From NCBI GenBank assembly GCA_018267625.1, contig JAFDYC010000037.1, forward strand, positions 21,736 to 85,735: DNA of 64,000 nucleotides, written 5' to 3'. The stretch is from Bacteroidota bacterium. Its GTDB lineage: Bacteria > Bacteroidota > Bacteroidia > Chitinophagales > Chitinophagaceae. Positions 1-8,059 of the stretch are shown piece by piece. A model generated the notes under the pieces. The model was not told the origin of the DNA. It did not search any database and worked only from the letters and a program-made list of their open reading frames with translations. Both the position numbers and the translations under genes were made by a program. Positions within the stretch are counted from its first letter, which is position 1. Each line of letters begins with the position of its first letter.

Positions 1-857
1 AGTATTTGCGCCTTGAAAAAATCCTGTTCATCATGCACCCACAGGTCATCCTCGTTGTAGTTGCCTTCTGTCAGGCTCACCACCTGTGGCTTGTAGCCAT
101 CTAATCGAATACCCTTATTCCGCCCCTCTGCACCGTAGCGAAGAGGCTTCCCCTGTTCCATAAACAAAGTTGTGTCCGCCTTGCTGCCCTTATCCGTAAA
201 GACGGCGAAAGCCTCATCATTAAAGATGTTGCAGTTCTGATAGATTTCTAAGAAAGATGCGCCCTTGTGGTTTGCGGAACGCAGCAGCATTGCCTGTAAA
301 TGTTTCGGGTCACGATCCATGCTCCGGGCCACAAAACTGGCATCTGCACCCATCGCCAGGGCCAGCGGATTGAACGGGTGGTCAAGAGAGCCGAAAGGGG
401 TACTCTTTGTCACCTTATTCGCTTCTGAAGTAGGAGAATACTGACCCTTGGTCAGGCCGTAAATCTGATTATTAAACAGCATCACATTCACATCAAAATT
501 CCGCCGCAGCAGGTGTATCGTGTGATTGCCTCCAATGGACAATCCGTCTCCATCGCCCGTCACAATCCAGATGCTCAGCTCTGGCCGGGAGGCCTTCAGG
601 CCCGAAGCAATCGCCGTAGCCCGGCCATGAATTGAGTGCATCCCGAAAGTGTTCACATAGTATGGAAACCTTGACGAGCAGCCTATGCCCGAAATCACAA
701 CAATATGCTCCTTCGGCACACCAAGCTGGGGCAGCGTTTTCTGCATTGCCGCCAGGATGGCATAATCACCGCAGCCAGGGCACCAGCGTACTTCCTGGTC
801 CGTCTGGAAATCCTTAGCAGTCAGTGTAGGGGCGGGCAGCGGCATGGTTTCGGGCAT
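1..857 (-). CDS. korB: 2-oxoglutarate/2-oxoacid:ferredoxin oxidoreductase beta (TPP-binding) subunit; the 3' part runs off the left edge
   Basis: Absent from the ORF track because it is truncated. My reverse-complement translation from the ATG at 857 (alternative ATG at 845) reads MPETMPLPAPTLTAKDFQTDQEVRWCPGCGDYAILAAMQ...GIGCSSRFPYY...IWIVTGDGDGLSIGGNH...NNQIYGLTKGQ. These are the CxxC and GDGD TPP motifs of KorB-type subunits. An in-frame TGA lies just upstream of 857. Confidence 0.85.
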   Translation of the reverse strand, partial: MPETMPLPAPTLTAKDFQTDQEVRWCPGCGDYAILAAMQKTLPQLGVPKEHIVVISGIGCSSRFPYYVNTFGMHSIHGRATAIASGLKASRPELSIWIVTGDGDGLSIGGNHTIHLLRRNFDVNVMLFNNQIYGLTKGQYSPTSEANKVTKSTPFGSLDHPFNPLALAMGADASFVARSMDRDPKHLQAMLLRSANHKGASFLEIYQNCNIFNDEAFAVFTDKGSKADTTLFMEQGKPLRYGAEGRNKGIRLDGYKPQVVSLTEGNYNEDDLWVHDEQDFFKAQI

Positions 858-991
858 CTTCTTCTCGGGTCATTATGCTCGCAAATTTACAAGCAGCCCA
901 GCCCTGCATAAAATGGATTCTGCTGATAGGCATCAGGCCCCTGGCCTTTTCCAAGGCTCTGGCCGGAATTATTATTTCAAAAGCAGGAAAC

Positions 992-1018
992 AAAAAAAAA
1001 ATGGCCGCATCAGCAGCC
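992..1018 (-). terminator. Intrinsic terminator downstream of the 69-aa ORF
   Basis: On the minus strand, the GGCUGC/GCGGCC stem (plus-strand 1003-1008 pairs with 1013-1018, 4-nt loop) is followed by a run of 10 U (plus-strand A-run 992-1001). Confidence 0.55.
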
Positions 1019-1050
1019 ACTTCTTCACTAGAGTCATTCAGGCGAACGAC

Positions 1051-1260
1051 TTACCAGCCTTGTTTCTTAGCCACACCATTCTTGATGGCTTCATTTGCTG
1101 CAGCTTCATTCATCATGGTGGTCATTTTGTTGCCTTTGCCATCATGGCCTTGAGCCATATAGCCGCCGCGGGCTGTCTTTGAAATCACTGCTTCATGCAT
1201 GGGAACATTTTTTTCTTTTGTCTTCATGCAATAGGCCTTGATCATTTTTGAGGTGTCCAT
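1051..1260 (-). CDS. Small hypothetical protein (69 aa, or 58 aa from the internal Met)
   Basis: Track ORF MDTSKMIKAYCMKTKEKNVPMHEAVISKTARGGYMAQGHDGKGNKMTTMMNEAAANEAIKNGVAKKQGW. It is hydrophilic, has its own terminator about 33 nt downstream, and I recognise no family. Confidence 0.4.
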   Translation of the reverse strand: MDTSKMIKAYCMKTKEKNVPMHEAVISKTARGGYMAQGHDGKGNKMTTMMNEAAANEAIKNGVAKKQGW

Positions 1261-1371
1261 GTTCGTGAGGAATTTTTGATTGTGAGGGAAGATTCTGAAC
1301 GGCTAAAACTAAGTGTTTCCATGCTAATCCAACGGTAGCTAGATATGGGAAACAATTCGTTAGCGCGAGTG

Positions 1372-2613
1372 CTATTTAGCGGCAATTTTTTGGAGCACAT
1401 CTTTTACGGCATTCTTGTTCACCGTTGCGGTCATCATCTTTAGCTTCACGTAGTCTTCGTGCATAAACCAATATCCCGTGTGGTCAAGATTGTTGTGGCC
1501 TCCCGAGCCGGAATCCTTCACCAGAAACCAGGTACCATTGCTCTTCTGGGTATAGCCTACTATGTGCATGGCATGGTCATCCGTTGTGGCGCCATTGAGG
1601 TAGCGCATGAGGCGGGCATCATCGTTGATGTAGGATGATGGAATGTCGAACGAAGGAATCATCATGATGCCAAGCTTGCTGTCAATGCCAGGTTCGCTCA
1701 CATCACCCCCGATAGAAATACTGTAGCCCTGTTTCAGTGCATTTTTGATCAGGCCAATGAAATCACTCAGGGGCACGTTGTAGTAATCCTTGGAATGCCA
1801 CCAGTTGTCGCCCACTTTGTATTCTGCATTCGTCCACATGGGCTCGCTCTTCAGGCTCATGAAGGTGACATAGTCTGATGGGTTGATGCCGACCACATCG
1901 CGCAGGTATTGTTTCGGGCTGAGTTGTTTTCCCTGATAAGCTACGCTGCTCGGTGGCACCCCGATGTAGTGGTTCATGATGTCCTTGATAGTAGCCACCA
2001 CTTCGTCGGTATTCCAGGCATTGCGTTGTTTCACGCCCTCCAGGTAGCTCCTCATCTCATCAATCATCGGGGCATGGTCGAGGTATGGCTGCCCGGGCTT
2101 CAGACCCGTATAGGCTTCCAGTGGCACAGCACCATACTTAGACATCATGCGCTGTACCGCATTCGTCTCAGAGCCTTCGTCAAACTTGCTTTTGCCCCTG
2201 GTGCGAACAAACTCTTTTGCCTTCTCCACATATTCCCAATAGACAGTGAACATCTCACTGAGCCGGATGCCGGGGTGTCCTAAGCGTGCCGCTTCACTTT
2301 CATAAAACGAAGAAGTGGAAAAGCACCAGCAAGTGCCCGTGATACCCTGGCTGACAGGCTTTTCACTGGCAACCATCTTGAACTCATTGATGGACTTCGG
2401 CACCTCTACGCCCGTATAGTCCATGTAGAGTCGTTTCACCGGCTCCTTCTTTTGTTTGAAAAACGAATCCGTTTTGCTTTCGATGCTTTCAAAGAAGTTG
2501 TTCTTCTTTGCTGGGATGTACTGGCCCGCATCGTGGCGGTCTTGCGCCCAGGAGCCGGTAGAAAGGGCGAGCAACAACGCAGTTGCAACGCCGGTTATGA
2601 TGGAGGTTTTCAT
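1372..2613 (-). CDS. Secreted C1-family cysteine peptidase (aminopeptidase C / bleomycin-hydrolase-like)
   Basis: Signal peptide MKTSIITGVATALLLALSTGSWAQ. Catalytic Cys context QGITGTCWCFSTSSF and His context DDHAMHIVGY. The tail WFLVKDSGSG...GYWFMHEDYV resembles C1B enzymes. Confidence 0.75.
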   Translation of the reverse strand: MKTSIITGVATALLLALSTGSWAQDRHDAGQYIPAKKNNFFESIESKTDSFFKQKKEPVKRLYMDYTGVEVPKSINEFKMVASEKPVSQGITGTCWCFSTSSFYESEAARLGHPGIRLSEMFTVYWEYVEKAKEFVRTRGKSKFDEGSETNAVQRMMSKYGAVPLEAYTGLKPGQPYLDHAPMIDEMRSYLEGVKQRNAWNTDEVVATIKDIMNHYIGVPPSSVAYQGKQLSPKQYLRDVVGINPSDYVTFMSLKSEPMWTNAEYKVGDNWWHSKDYYNVPLSDFIGLIKNALKQGYSISIGGDVSEPGIDSKLGIMMIPSFDIPSSYINDDARLMRYLNGATTDDHAMHIVGYTQKSNGTWFLVKDSGSGGHNNLDHTGYWFMHEDYVKLKMMTATVNKNAVKDVLQKIAAK

Positions 2614-2658
2614 GCGAGAATAAAAAAAATGCAGGATACCGACCCTTGCAGATATCCT

Positions 2659-3639
2659 TCAGCGCCCCTTACTGAAATAGTTCGCTTCGGCGGCTAAATT
2701 AAGGAAGGGATAAGCAGCGCCGAGAGCTGCCGTCTTTTCAGCATATACTTTCAGAAACTGTTTATGCGCCTCAGTGTCCGGGAATCGGGGTCGGTGCTTC
2801 ATGGCTGTCACGATATCCGCTACCTGCTCCATGATGGGAACCGCTTCTGCCGCCAGGCAGGAATCAACAAAGGCCTCCCACACCGTTTCCGTAGCAGCAT
2901 AATTGGGATGCACCAGGTCTATATCGTAAAAACGATAGTCGCGAAGCACATCAATCACCAGCTCATATGCCGGGAAGTAGTGGCTATCCTTTCGTGTGTT
3001 GCAGAGTGCATGCACAGTCTCTATCAGGCGTGCTTTACTGCGGTTATTTTCCGTCACACCATCGCGGATGTGGCGCACAGGGGAGATAGTAAACAGAAAC
3101 TGCAGTCCGGGGTTCACAGCCTGAGCCGTATCCAATGCCGTACTTAAAGCTTCATAAATGGCAGCAATCTCGAGCAGCCGCTTGTCAAACCATGCCGCCG
3201 GCGCCCGGTGGTTGTTCGATACCGGCATTCCGCTTTCTTTCAAAAAATATTGGAAGGCTGAACCAAGCGTGATGACCACCCAGTTACACTCTTTCAGAAA
3301 TGTGCTGGCCTCTTGTTGCGCTGCATTGATACTCCGGAGGGCCTCCTCTTTCAGAATGTGCGAAAAACGGGTATGATGCGACCAGCTTCCCCAGAGTTCA
3401 TTCAGTAAAAAAAGATCCTCATCCGTATAGCTTTTTGACGCTGCATAGCTACTCAGGCTATTCGCTACACTCATAGGATTGAATAGGATGCCGTGAGGAT
3501 TTTGAAGGGTCTGAAACCGATAGGCAGACAGCCTGTCCGAGATATGCTCTGTGAAGCAGGAGCCCATTAGCAGTACCTTATTAGTGTAGTGAATAGGCTG
3601 CGGCAGCTTGGGGAAAGTGATCGGTAGCTGGAAGCGCAT
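2659..3639 (-). CDS. GSCFA-domain protein
   Basis: N-terminal KVLLMGSCFTEHI motif (the GSCF(A/T) signature); size of about 326 aa is typical of the family. Confidence 0.75.
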   Translation of the reverse strand: MRFQLPITFPKLPQPIHYTNKVLLMGSCFTEHISDRLSAYRFQTLQNPHGILFNPMSVANSLSSYAASKSYTDEDLFLLNELWGSWSHHTRFSHILKEEALRSINAAQQEASTFLKECNWVVITLGSAFQYFLKESGMPVSNNHRAPAAWFDKRLLEIAAIYEALSTALDTAQAVNPGLQFLFTISPVRHIRDGVTENNRSKARLIETVHALCNTRKDSHYFPAYELVIDVLRDYRFYDIDLVHPNYAATETVWEAFVDSCLAAEAVPIMEQVADIVTAMKHRPRFPDTEAHKQFLKVYAEKTAALGAAYPFLNLAAEANYFSKGR

Positions 3640-3823
3640 GGCTTGCGAAATTGAACATGATAATCTTATCCAGCTTCAGGCAATTCTTCCTTCGGGTATT
3701 TGTAAAGAATACTTTTTTTGCTGGCAGGCAGAAGTACCCTGATGCAACATCGAATACCGGAAGCTGCACTGCTGCCGACTAAAAAAATATCTACCTACAA
3801 TATTTCTTCGTTTTACAGAGACT

Positions 3824-4612
3824 TTACCCGCCCCGTTGTTCCTTCATCAGCATCAGCACCTTCTCAATGTCTTCAGGCCGGTCAATGCAATGGCTGTCGT
3901 GGCGAGTGAGGGCGCAGGTCACCTTATAGCCTGCTTCCAGCCAGCGGAGCTGCTCTAAGGATTCTGCTTTTTCCAGGCTTGAAACAGGCAGCTTCGTGAG
4001 TTGTTCCAGCACATCGCAGCGGTAGGCATACATGCCCACATGCCTGTAATAGGTATGTCGGAGGTGCCACTCCTGTTCGGGCACATCCTTAAGAAAGGGA
4101 ATAACCGAGCGGCTGAAGTAGAGGGCTTCCCGCTGTGGGTTGAGCACCACTTTCACCTCGCCTGTGTCGAAGAGTACATCCTGGCGGTCGGCCTCAATGA
4201 TAAGAGTAGCAATTTGGGATTTGCCATCGTGCAGCACTTCGGCCAGGGTGTCAATCTGAGAAGGGTCAATAAAGGGTTCATCCCCCTGGATATTCATCAG
4301 GTAGCTAGGGGGCAAATGTGTGCCTGTAGAAACCCCGGAAGAGAACAGCCCGAACTTTTGGGCTACTTCAGCGCAGCGGTCGGTACCCGATGGGTGCTGA
4401 TCCGAGGTAAGGATGACTTCGCCGTTGAAGTCCTGAACATGGCGGGCGATGCGTGCATCATCGGTAGCCACGATTACACGGCTCAGGCTCCGGCTTTTAG
4501 AGGCCTGTTCATACACCCGTTGGAGCATACTCTTCCCTTCAATCATCGCCAGTGGCTTGCCAGGAAAACGGCTAGAGGCATAGCGGGCGGGGATGACACC
4601 AAGTATTTGCAC
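3824..4612 (-). CDS. kdsB: 3-deoxy-manno-octulosonate cytidylyltransferase (CMP-Kdo synthetase)
   Basis: MQILGVIPARYASSRFPGKPLAMIEGKSM... is the canonical KdsB N-terminus. NIQGDEPFI motif present. 262 aa. Confidence 0.9.
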   Translation of the reverse strand: MQILGVIPARYASSRFPGKPLAMIEGKSMLQRVYEQASKSRSLSRVIVATDDARIARHVQDFNGEVILTSDQHPSGTDRCAEVAQKFGLFSSGVSTGTHLPPSYLMNIQGDEPFIDPSQIDTLAEVLHDGKSQIATLIIEADRQDVLFDTGEVKVVLNPQREALYFSRSVIPFLKDVPEQEWHLRHTYYRHVGMYAYRCDVLEQLTKLPVSSLEKAESLEQLRWLEAGYKVTCALTRHDSHCIDRPEDIEKVLMLMKEQRGG

Positions 4613-4637
4613 AGAATTACCTTTTTTAAAAACTCAA

Positions 4638-5348
4638 TTATCGGGGTACAATTTTCCCATCGCGGAACGAAAAAAGCTGTGTGATTATGGCATTCCGTTC
4701 TGAAAAATATTCCTGATAGCGGTTTGAAAACACGGCTCGTTCTTCAAGCATTTCATCATAGCAGCCACTCAGCCCGGCAAGGAGTTCCATCACTTCGCGG
4801 ACTGCATGATGTGCACCATCCGATGCCGTGAGGTAATCTACCATGCCTTCCCGCAGGGCGTATTGAATCAATAATGGGTTGCAGTCGCGGCCGATCATGA
4901 TGCGGAGGCCACATTCTTTCGCCACGGAGAAATCAAGTACATCATCAAAGAAAAAGGCAACCTCAGCTTCGAGGATACCAAAGGCCTGATGGAGGTGTTG
5001 CATGGCAGCCGACTTATTCTTTGCACCGCAGTATAGGGCATGAAAATGCTCCCGTTGGGCAAAGCCTATAGCTGCCTGATTGTTTTCGCCGGTGATGATT
5101 GCCGTAATTGCCTGCAATTGATTGCGGAGGTGATGATTGAAACGAAGTAGGTTGGTGCCCATAGAATCAACTTCATTAAAAGGCGATTCTCCGGCATTGT
5201 TTTTCCAGCCAGCATTAAACACACCATCCCAGTCAAAGACAAAGGCCTTAATCTGATGTAAGCGTTCAGCTATCACTTCCGGAGCGGTGATGAATTGACC
5301 CTTGAAATGGGCGGCAGTCTCCTGAATGGAATGCATGACAGGTATCAA
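4638..5348 (-). CDS. HAD-superfamily phosphatase, KdsC-like (putative Kdo-8-phosphate phosphatase) with a C-terminal extension
   Basis: Collinear with KdsC: the DxD motif FVFDWDGVF, then AIITGENN, FFFDDVLDFSVAKECGL and GAHHAVREVMELL (compare GGRGAVREVCDLL in E. coli KdsC). Lies between the aldolase-CBS gene and kdsB. Confidence 0.7.
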   Translation of the reverse strand: MIPVMHSIQETAAHFKGQFITAPEVIAERLHQIKAFVFDWDGVFNAGWKNNAGESPFNEVDSMGTNLLRFNHHLRNQLQAITAIITGENNQAAIGFAQREHFHALYCGAKNKSAAMQHLHQAFGILEAEVAFFFDDVLDFSVAKECGLRIMIGRDCNPLLIQYALREGMVDYLTASDGAHHAVREVMELLAGLSGCYDEMLEERAVFSNRYQEYFSERNAIITQLFSFRDGKIVPR

Positions 5349-5392
5349 AAAAGAAGAAAGGCGCTAAGCGGGAAAACCGGGTCTTAGCGCCT
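5347..5392 (-). terminator. Intrinsic terminator-like hairpin between the aldolase-CBS gene and the kdsC-like gene
   Basis: 10-bp perfect stem aggcgctaag (5359-5368) / cttagcgcct (5383-5392). On the minus strand it is followed by UUCUUCUUUU. Confidence 0.5.
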
Positions 5393-5409
5393 CTTCGATG
5401 AATAAAAAA

Positions 5410-6420
5410 CTAAGCCTCCAGGTCCTGAATGTCCAACATACCGACCGGTTTGCCCATTTCAGTGATAAGGATAGTATCCACGTTGGTTTTTTTGAAAAGC
5501 ATCTGGGCATCATTAAGCAGGGCAGAAGCTTCAATGGAAATAGGAGTTTTGTAGCTCATGTCCGCCATCTTCTGATCCAAGATTTGCCCGTTACCGCTTT
5601 GCAGCAGGCGGCGAATGTCACCATCCGTGAAGACACCCAGTAAGGAACCATCCCCCTGCACCACAGTGATGGCGCCAAAGCCGAATTCTGTCATCTTCAC
5701 CAAGGCGTCGCGCAGGGCCATGTCCCCTTGCACCAGCGGATTCACCGGGCGAGCCGCTTCCCGAACGCGAGTCGTCATTAGGCGTGTGTCTTGCAGGAAT
5801 TGCTCCGTACCCACGGTAGTGAAATTATTTTCGGTGAGTTGCTTCAACACTTTCAGCGGTACCGTGATGGTATGCACGCCAATATTTATCGCATTACGGA
5901 CATGCTCAGCATGGCGCACCGAAGAAAACATAATCTTACTGTTGTAGCCATAGCGTAGGGTAGCATCCACACATTGCTCTACAAGGCTGAGTGCATCATG
6001 CCCCTGGTCCTGAAGGCGGCCTACCAGTGGACATACATAAGTAGCTCCTGCGTGCATGGCCATGTAAGCTTGTTGCAGGGTGTAGACAAGATGCACATTC
6101 ACCAACAAACCTTCCTTGCGCAACAGATGGCAGGCGCGGACACCTTCCAGTGATACCGGGATTTTAAAAACGGTACGGGAGGGGTCAAGGCCGAGGTCGA
6201 GCTGGCGTTTGGCTTCCGCCACCACATCTTCGGCTTTGTTTCCCAAGGCTTCGATTTGCAGGACAGGCACCATCTTCGAGAGCTTGACAATCGTGCCGTC
6301 AATATCGGTGATCCCTTCACGTTGCATGAAGGTGGGTGTAGTAGTAAGGCCGTCTAAAAAGCCTAGTTTAAAGCCTTCTTCTATTTCGCGAAGGTTGGCG
6401 GAGTCTAAGTAGAGTTCCAT
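5410..6420 (-). CDS. Fusion protein: FSA/TalC-type class I aldolase domain plus a KdsD-type CBS pair
   Basis: The N-terminus MELYLDSANLREIEE... is collinear with E. coli fructose-6-P aldolase (MELYLDTSD...), and the Schiff-base Lys context VFKIPVS matches VVKVPVT. The C-terminal 110 aa is a CBS pair with LLGVFTDGDIRRLL and VGMLDIQDL, as in KdsD/KpsF. There is no SIS domain. Confidence 0.8.
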   Translation of the reverse strand: MELYLDSANLREIEEGFKLGFLDGLTTTPTFMQREGITDIDGTIVKLSKMVPVLQIEALGNKAEDVVAEAKRQLDLGLDPSRTVFKIPVSLEGVRACHLLRKEGLLVNVHLVYTLQQAYMAMHAGATYVCPLVGRLQDQGHDALSLVEQCVDATLRYGYNSKIMFSSVRHAEHVRNAINIGVHTITVPLKVLKQLTENNFTTVGTEQFLQDTRLMTTRVREAARPVNPLVQGDMALRDALVKMTEFGFGAITVVQGDGSLLGVFTDGDIRRLLQSGNGQILDQKMADMSYKTPISIEASALLNDAQMLFKKTNVDTILITEMGKPVGMLDIQDLEA

Positions 6421-6439
6421 GAAGGTGCAAAGAATATGG

Positions 6440-6859
6440 TTATGGATGAATTAGTGTGAGCAGAAAATCATCGGGACTGTACACCGGAATATCGGAATAA
6501 TAAAAACCGCCTTGGTCATAGGTGATAATAGCTTGGCAGTTTTGGCGCTTTGCAGCAAAGTATTGCAGCCCGTCTTCAAAGTCTTCAATCGCCGGCATAC
6601 TGAATGCGCTCCGTACTTCCTGTACATCGCAGCGCGCAATATTAAGATGATTGGCTACGGAATCAAGGCGAAGCTTAGCAGCCGTCTTCCCAAATTTCTT
6701 CTCAGAGAGATAAAAGCAGGTGGCTAAGGTTAGGGCAGAAGTATACACATCAAATCGCCGGGAATCAATGAGCGACATGACGGCAGCACTCGCCCGCATT
6801 CGAGGCGTTTCTTTTAGCAGAACAGAAGCAATGATGTTTGTGTCCAGAAAGATTCTCAC
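6440..6859 (-). CDS. vapC: PIN-domain toxin (VapC-like)
   Basis: MRIFLDTNIIASVLL... gives the acidic D6 of a PIN domain. 139 aa. There is a 4-nt overlap with the upstream small antitoxin-like ORF. Confidence 0.8.
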   Translation of the reverse strand: MRIFLDTNIIASVLLKETPRMRASAAVMSLIDSRRFDVYTSALTLATCFYLSEKKFGKTAAKLRLDSVANHLNIARCDVQEVRSAFSMPAIEDFEDGLQYFAAKRQNCQAIITYDQGGFYYSDIPVYSPDDFLLTLIHP

Positions 6860-7137
6860 GCCTGGGAATTATTCTTTGAGGCTTTTTTGTATTCCTGAGC
6901 CTCGGCGCGGAGTTCTTTATTCGAACGGGGCTTGGTCGTGTAGGTTACGGGGCCTTCCATTAAAGTCATCAGCCATTCAGAAACCGGAAAATCTTCGATG
7001 CTTTTGTATTCCCTACTGGTACTTTTCCGAAGGAGATATTCGACCAGGCGGCTGAGACTCAGGCCGTTGGCTTCGGCAAAGCCTTTGGCTTTTTCGATAA
7101 CTTCTTTATCGAAGGAGAGGGTGAGCTTGGTGTCCAT
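6856..7137 (-). CDS. Antitoxin partner of VapC (DUF6364-like)
   Basis: I prefer the internal ATG at 7137 (MDTKLTLSFDKEVIEKAKGFAEANGLSLSRLVEYLL...). The long form starting at 7218 would overlap the kdsA stop by 26 nt. Its stop overlaps the vapC start, which is typical type II TA geometry. Confidence 0.65.
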   Translation of the reverse strand: MDTKLTLSFDKEVIEKAKGFAEANGLSLSRLVEYLLRKSTSREYKSIEDFPVSEWLMTLMEGPVTYTTKPRSNKELRAEAQEYKKASKNNSQA

Positions 7138-7192
7138 GGCCTTAGGGTTTTTCAATACGTCAAAGCTACAATAAATATACGTATAGTTTCTA

Positions 7193-8023
7193 TCACTGAT
7201 TTTTTTTGACAATCTCATGCAAGGCTATCAGTGGCTTCAGAAACGCTTCCAGATCGTACACGCAAAGCTGGCTGGCGGCATCGCAAAGTGCCTTTTCGGG
7301 CTCTGGGTGCGTTTCGATAAACACGCCATCCACACCGGCGGCAACACCGGCACGGCTAAGAACGGGTAAAAACTCTCGTGCTCCGCCCTTGGCATCCGCT
7401 GAAGGAATACCATACTTACGGATGCTGTGCGTGATGTCGAACACCACAGGATAGCCAAGTTGTGCCATATGATAAAATGCCCTTGGGTCCACCACCAGAT
7501 CATTATAGCCCATCGTATAGCCGCGTTCGGTCAGGATGATTTTATCGTTGCCTGAATCCAGACATTTACCCACAGGATGCTTCATGTTTTCCGGCGCCAG
7601 AAACTGCCCGTGTTTGATGTTGATAATACGCCCCGTTTTTGCGGCAGCTACCAACAATCCACTTTGCATACAGAGATAAGCAGGTATCTGAAGGATATCG
7701 CAGACCTCCGCAGCGGGTGCTGCCTGGTCGGGATAATGAATATCAGTCAGGATTGGGAAGCCAAATTGTTCCTTCACTTTCGACAGCATCCGGATACCCT
7801 TATCCAGGCCAGGGCCGTCATAATATTTCAAAGAGCTACGGTTGTCTTTAGTGAATGAGCTTTTATAAATCACGGGCAGTTTCAGCCTTTCGCTCACCTC
7901 GCGAAGAGTTTCGGCTGTTTTCATCATCACCATTTCGTCTTCGATGACGCAAGGGCCTGAGATTAGAAACAGTTGGTCAGCGCCTATTTGAATGTTCCCG
8001 AGTGGAAATTGTTTTTGAGACAT
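7193..8023 (-). CDS. kdsA: 2-dehydro-3-deoxyphosphooctonate aldolase (Kdo-8-P synthase)
   Basis: LISGPCVIE, VIYKSSFTKDNRSS (compare FKSSFDKANRSS) and FDITHS motifs. 276 aa. Confidence 0.9.
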   Translation of the reverse strand: MSQKQFPLGNIQIGADQLFLISGPCVIEDEMVMMKTAETLREVSERLKLPVIYKSSFTKDNRSSLKYYDGPGLDKGIRMLSKVKEQFGFPILTDIHYPDQAAPAAEVCDILQIPAYLCMQSGLLVAAAKTGRIINIKHGQFLAPENMKHPVGKCLDSGNDKIILTERGYTMGYNDLVVDPRAFYHMAQLGYPVVFDITHSIRKYGIPSADAKGGAREFLPVLSRAGVAAGVDGVFIETHPEPEKALCDAASQLCVYDLEAFLKPLIALHEIVKKNQ

Positions 8024-8059
8024 GATGTAGTTTTTTTTTGAGGGAAAGAGAAAGGAAGC

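Noticed and set aside
4001-4684. 227-aa ORF antisense to kdsB.
   Set aside because: It is nested opposite a canonical kdsB. It would also run across the kdsB/kdsC-like junction.
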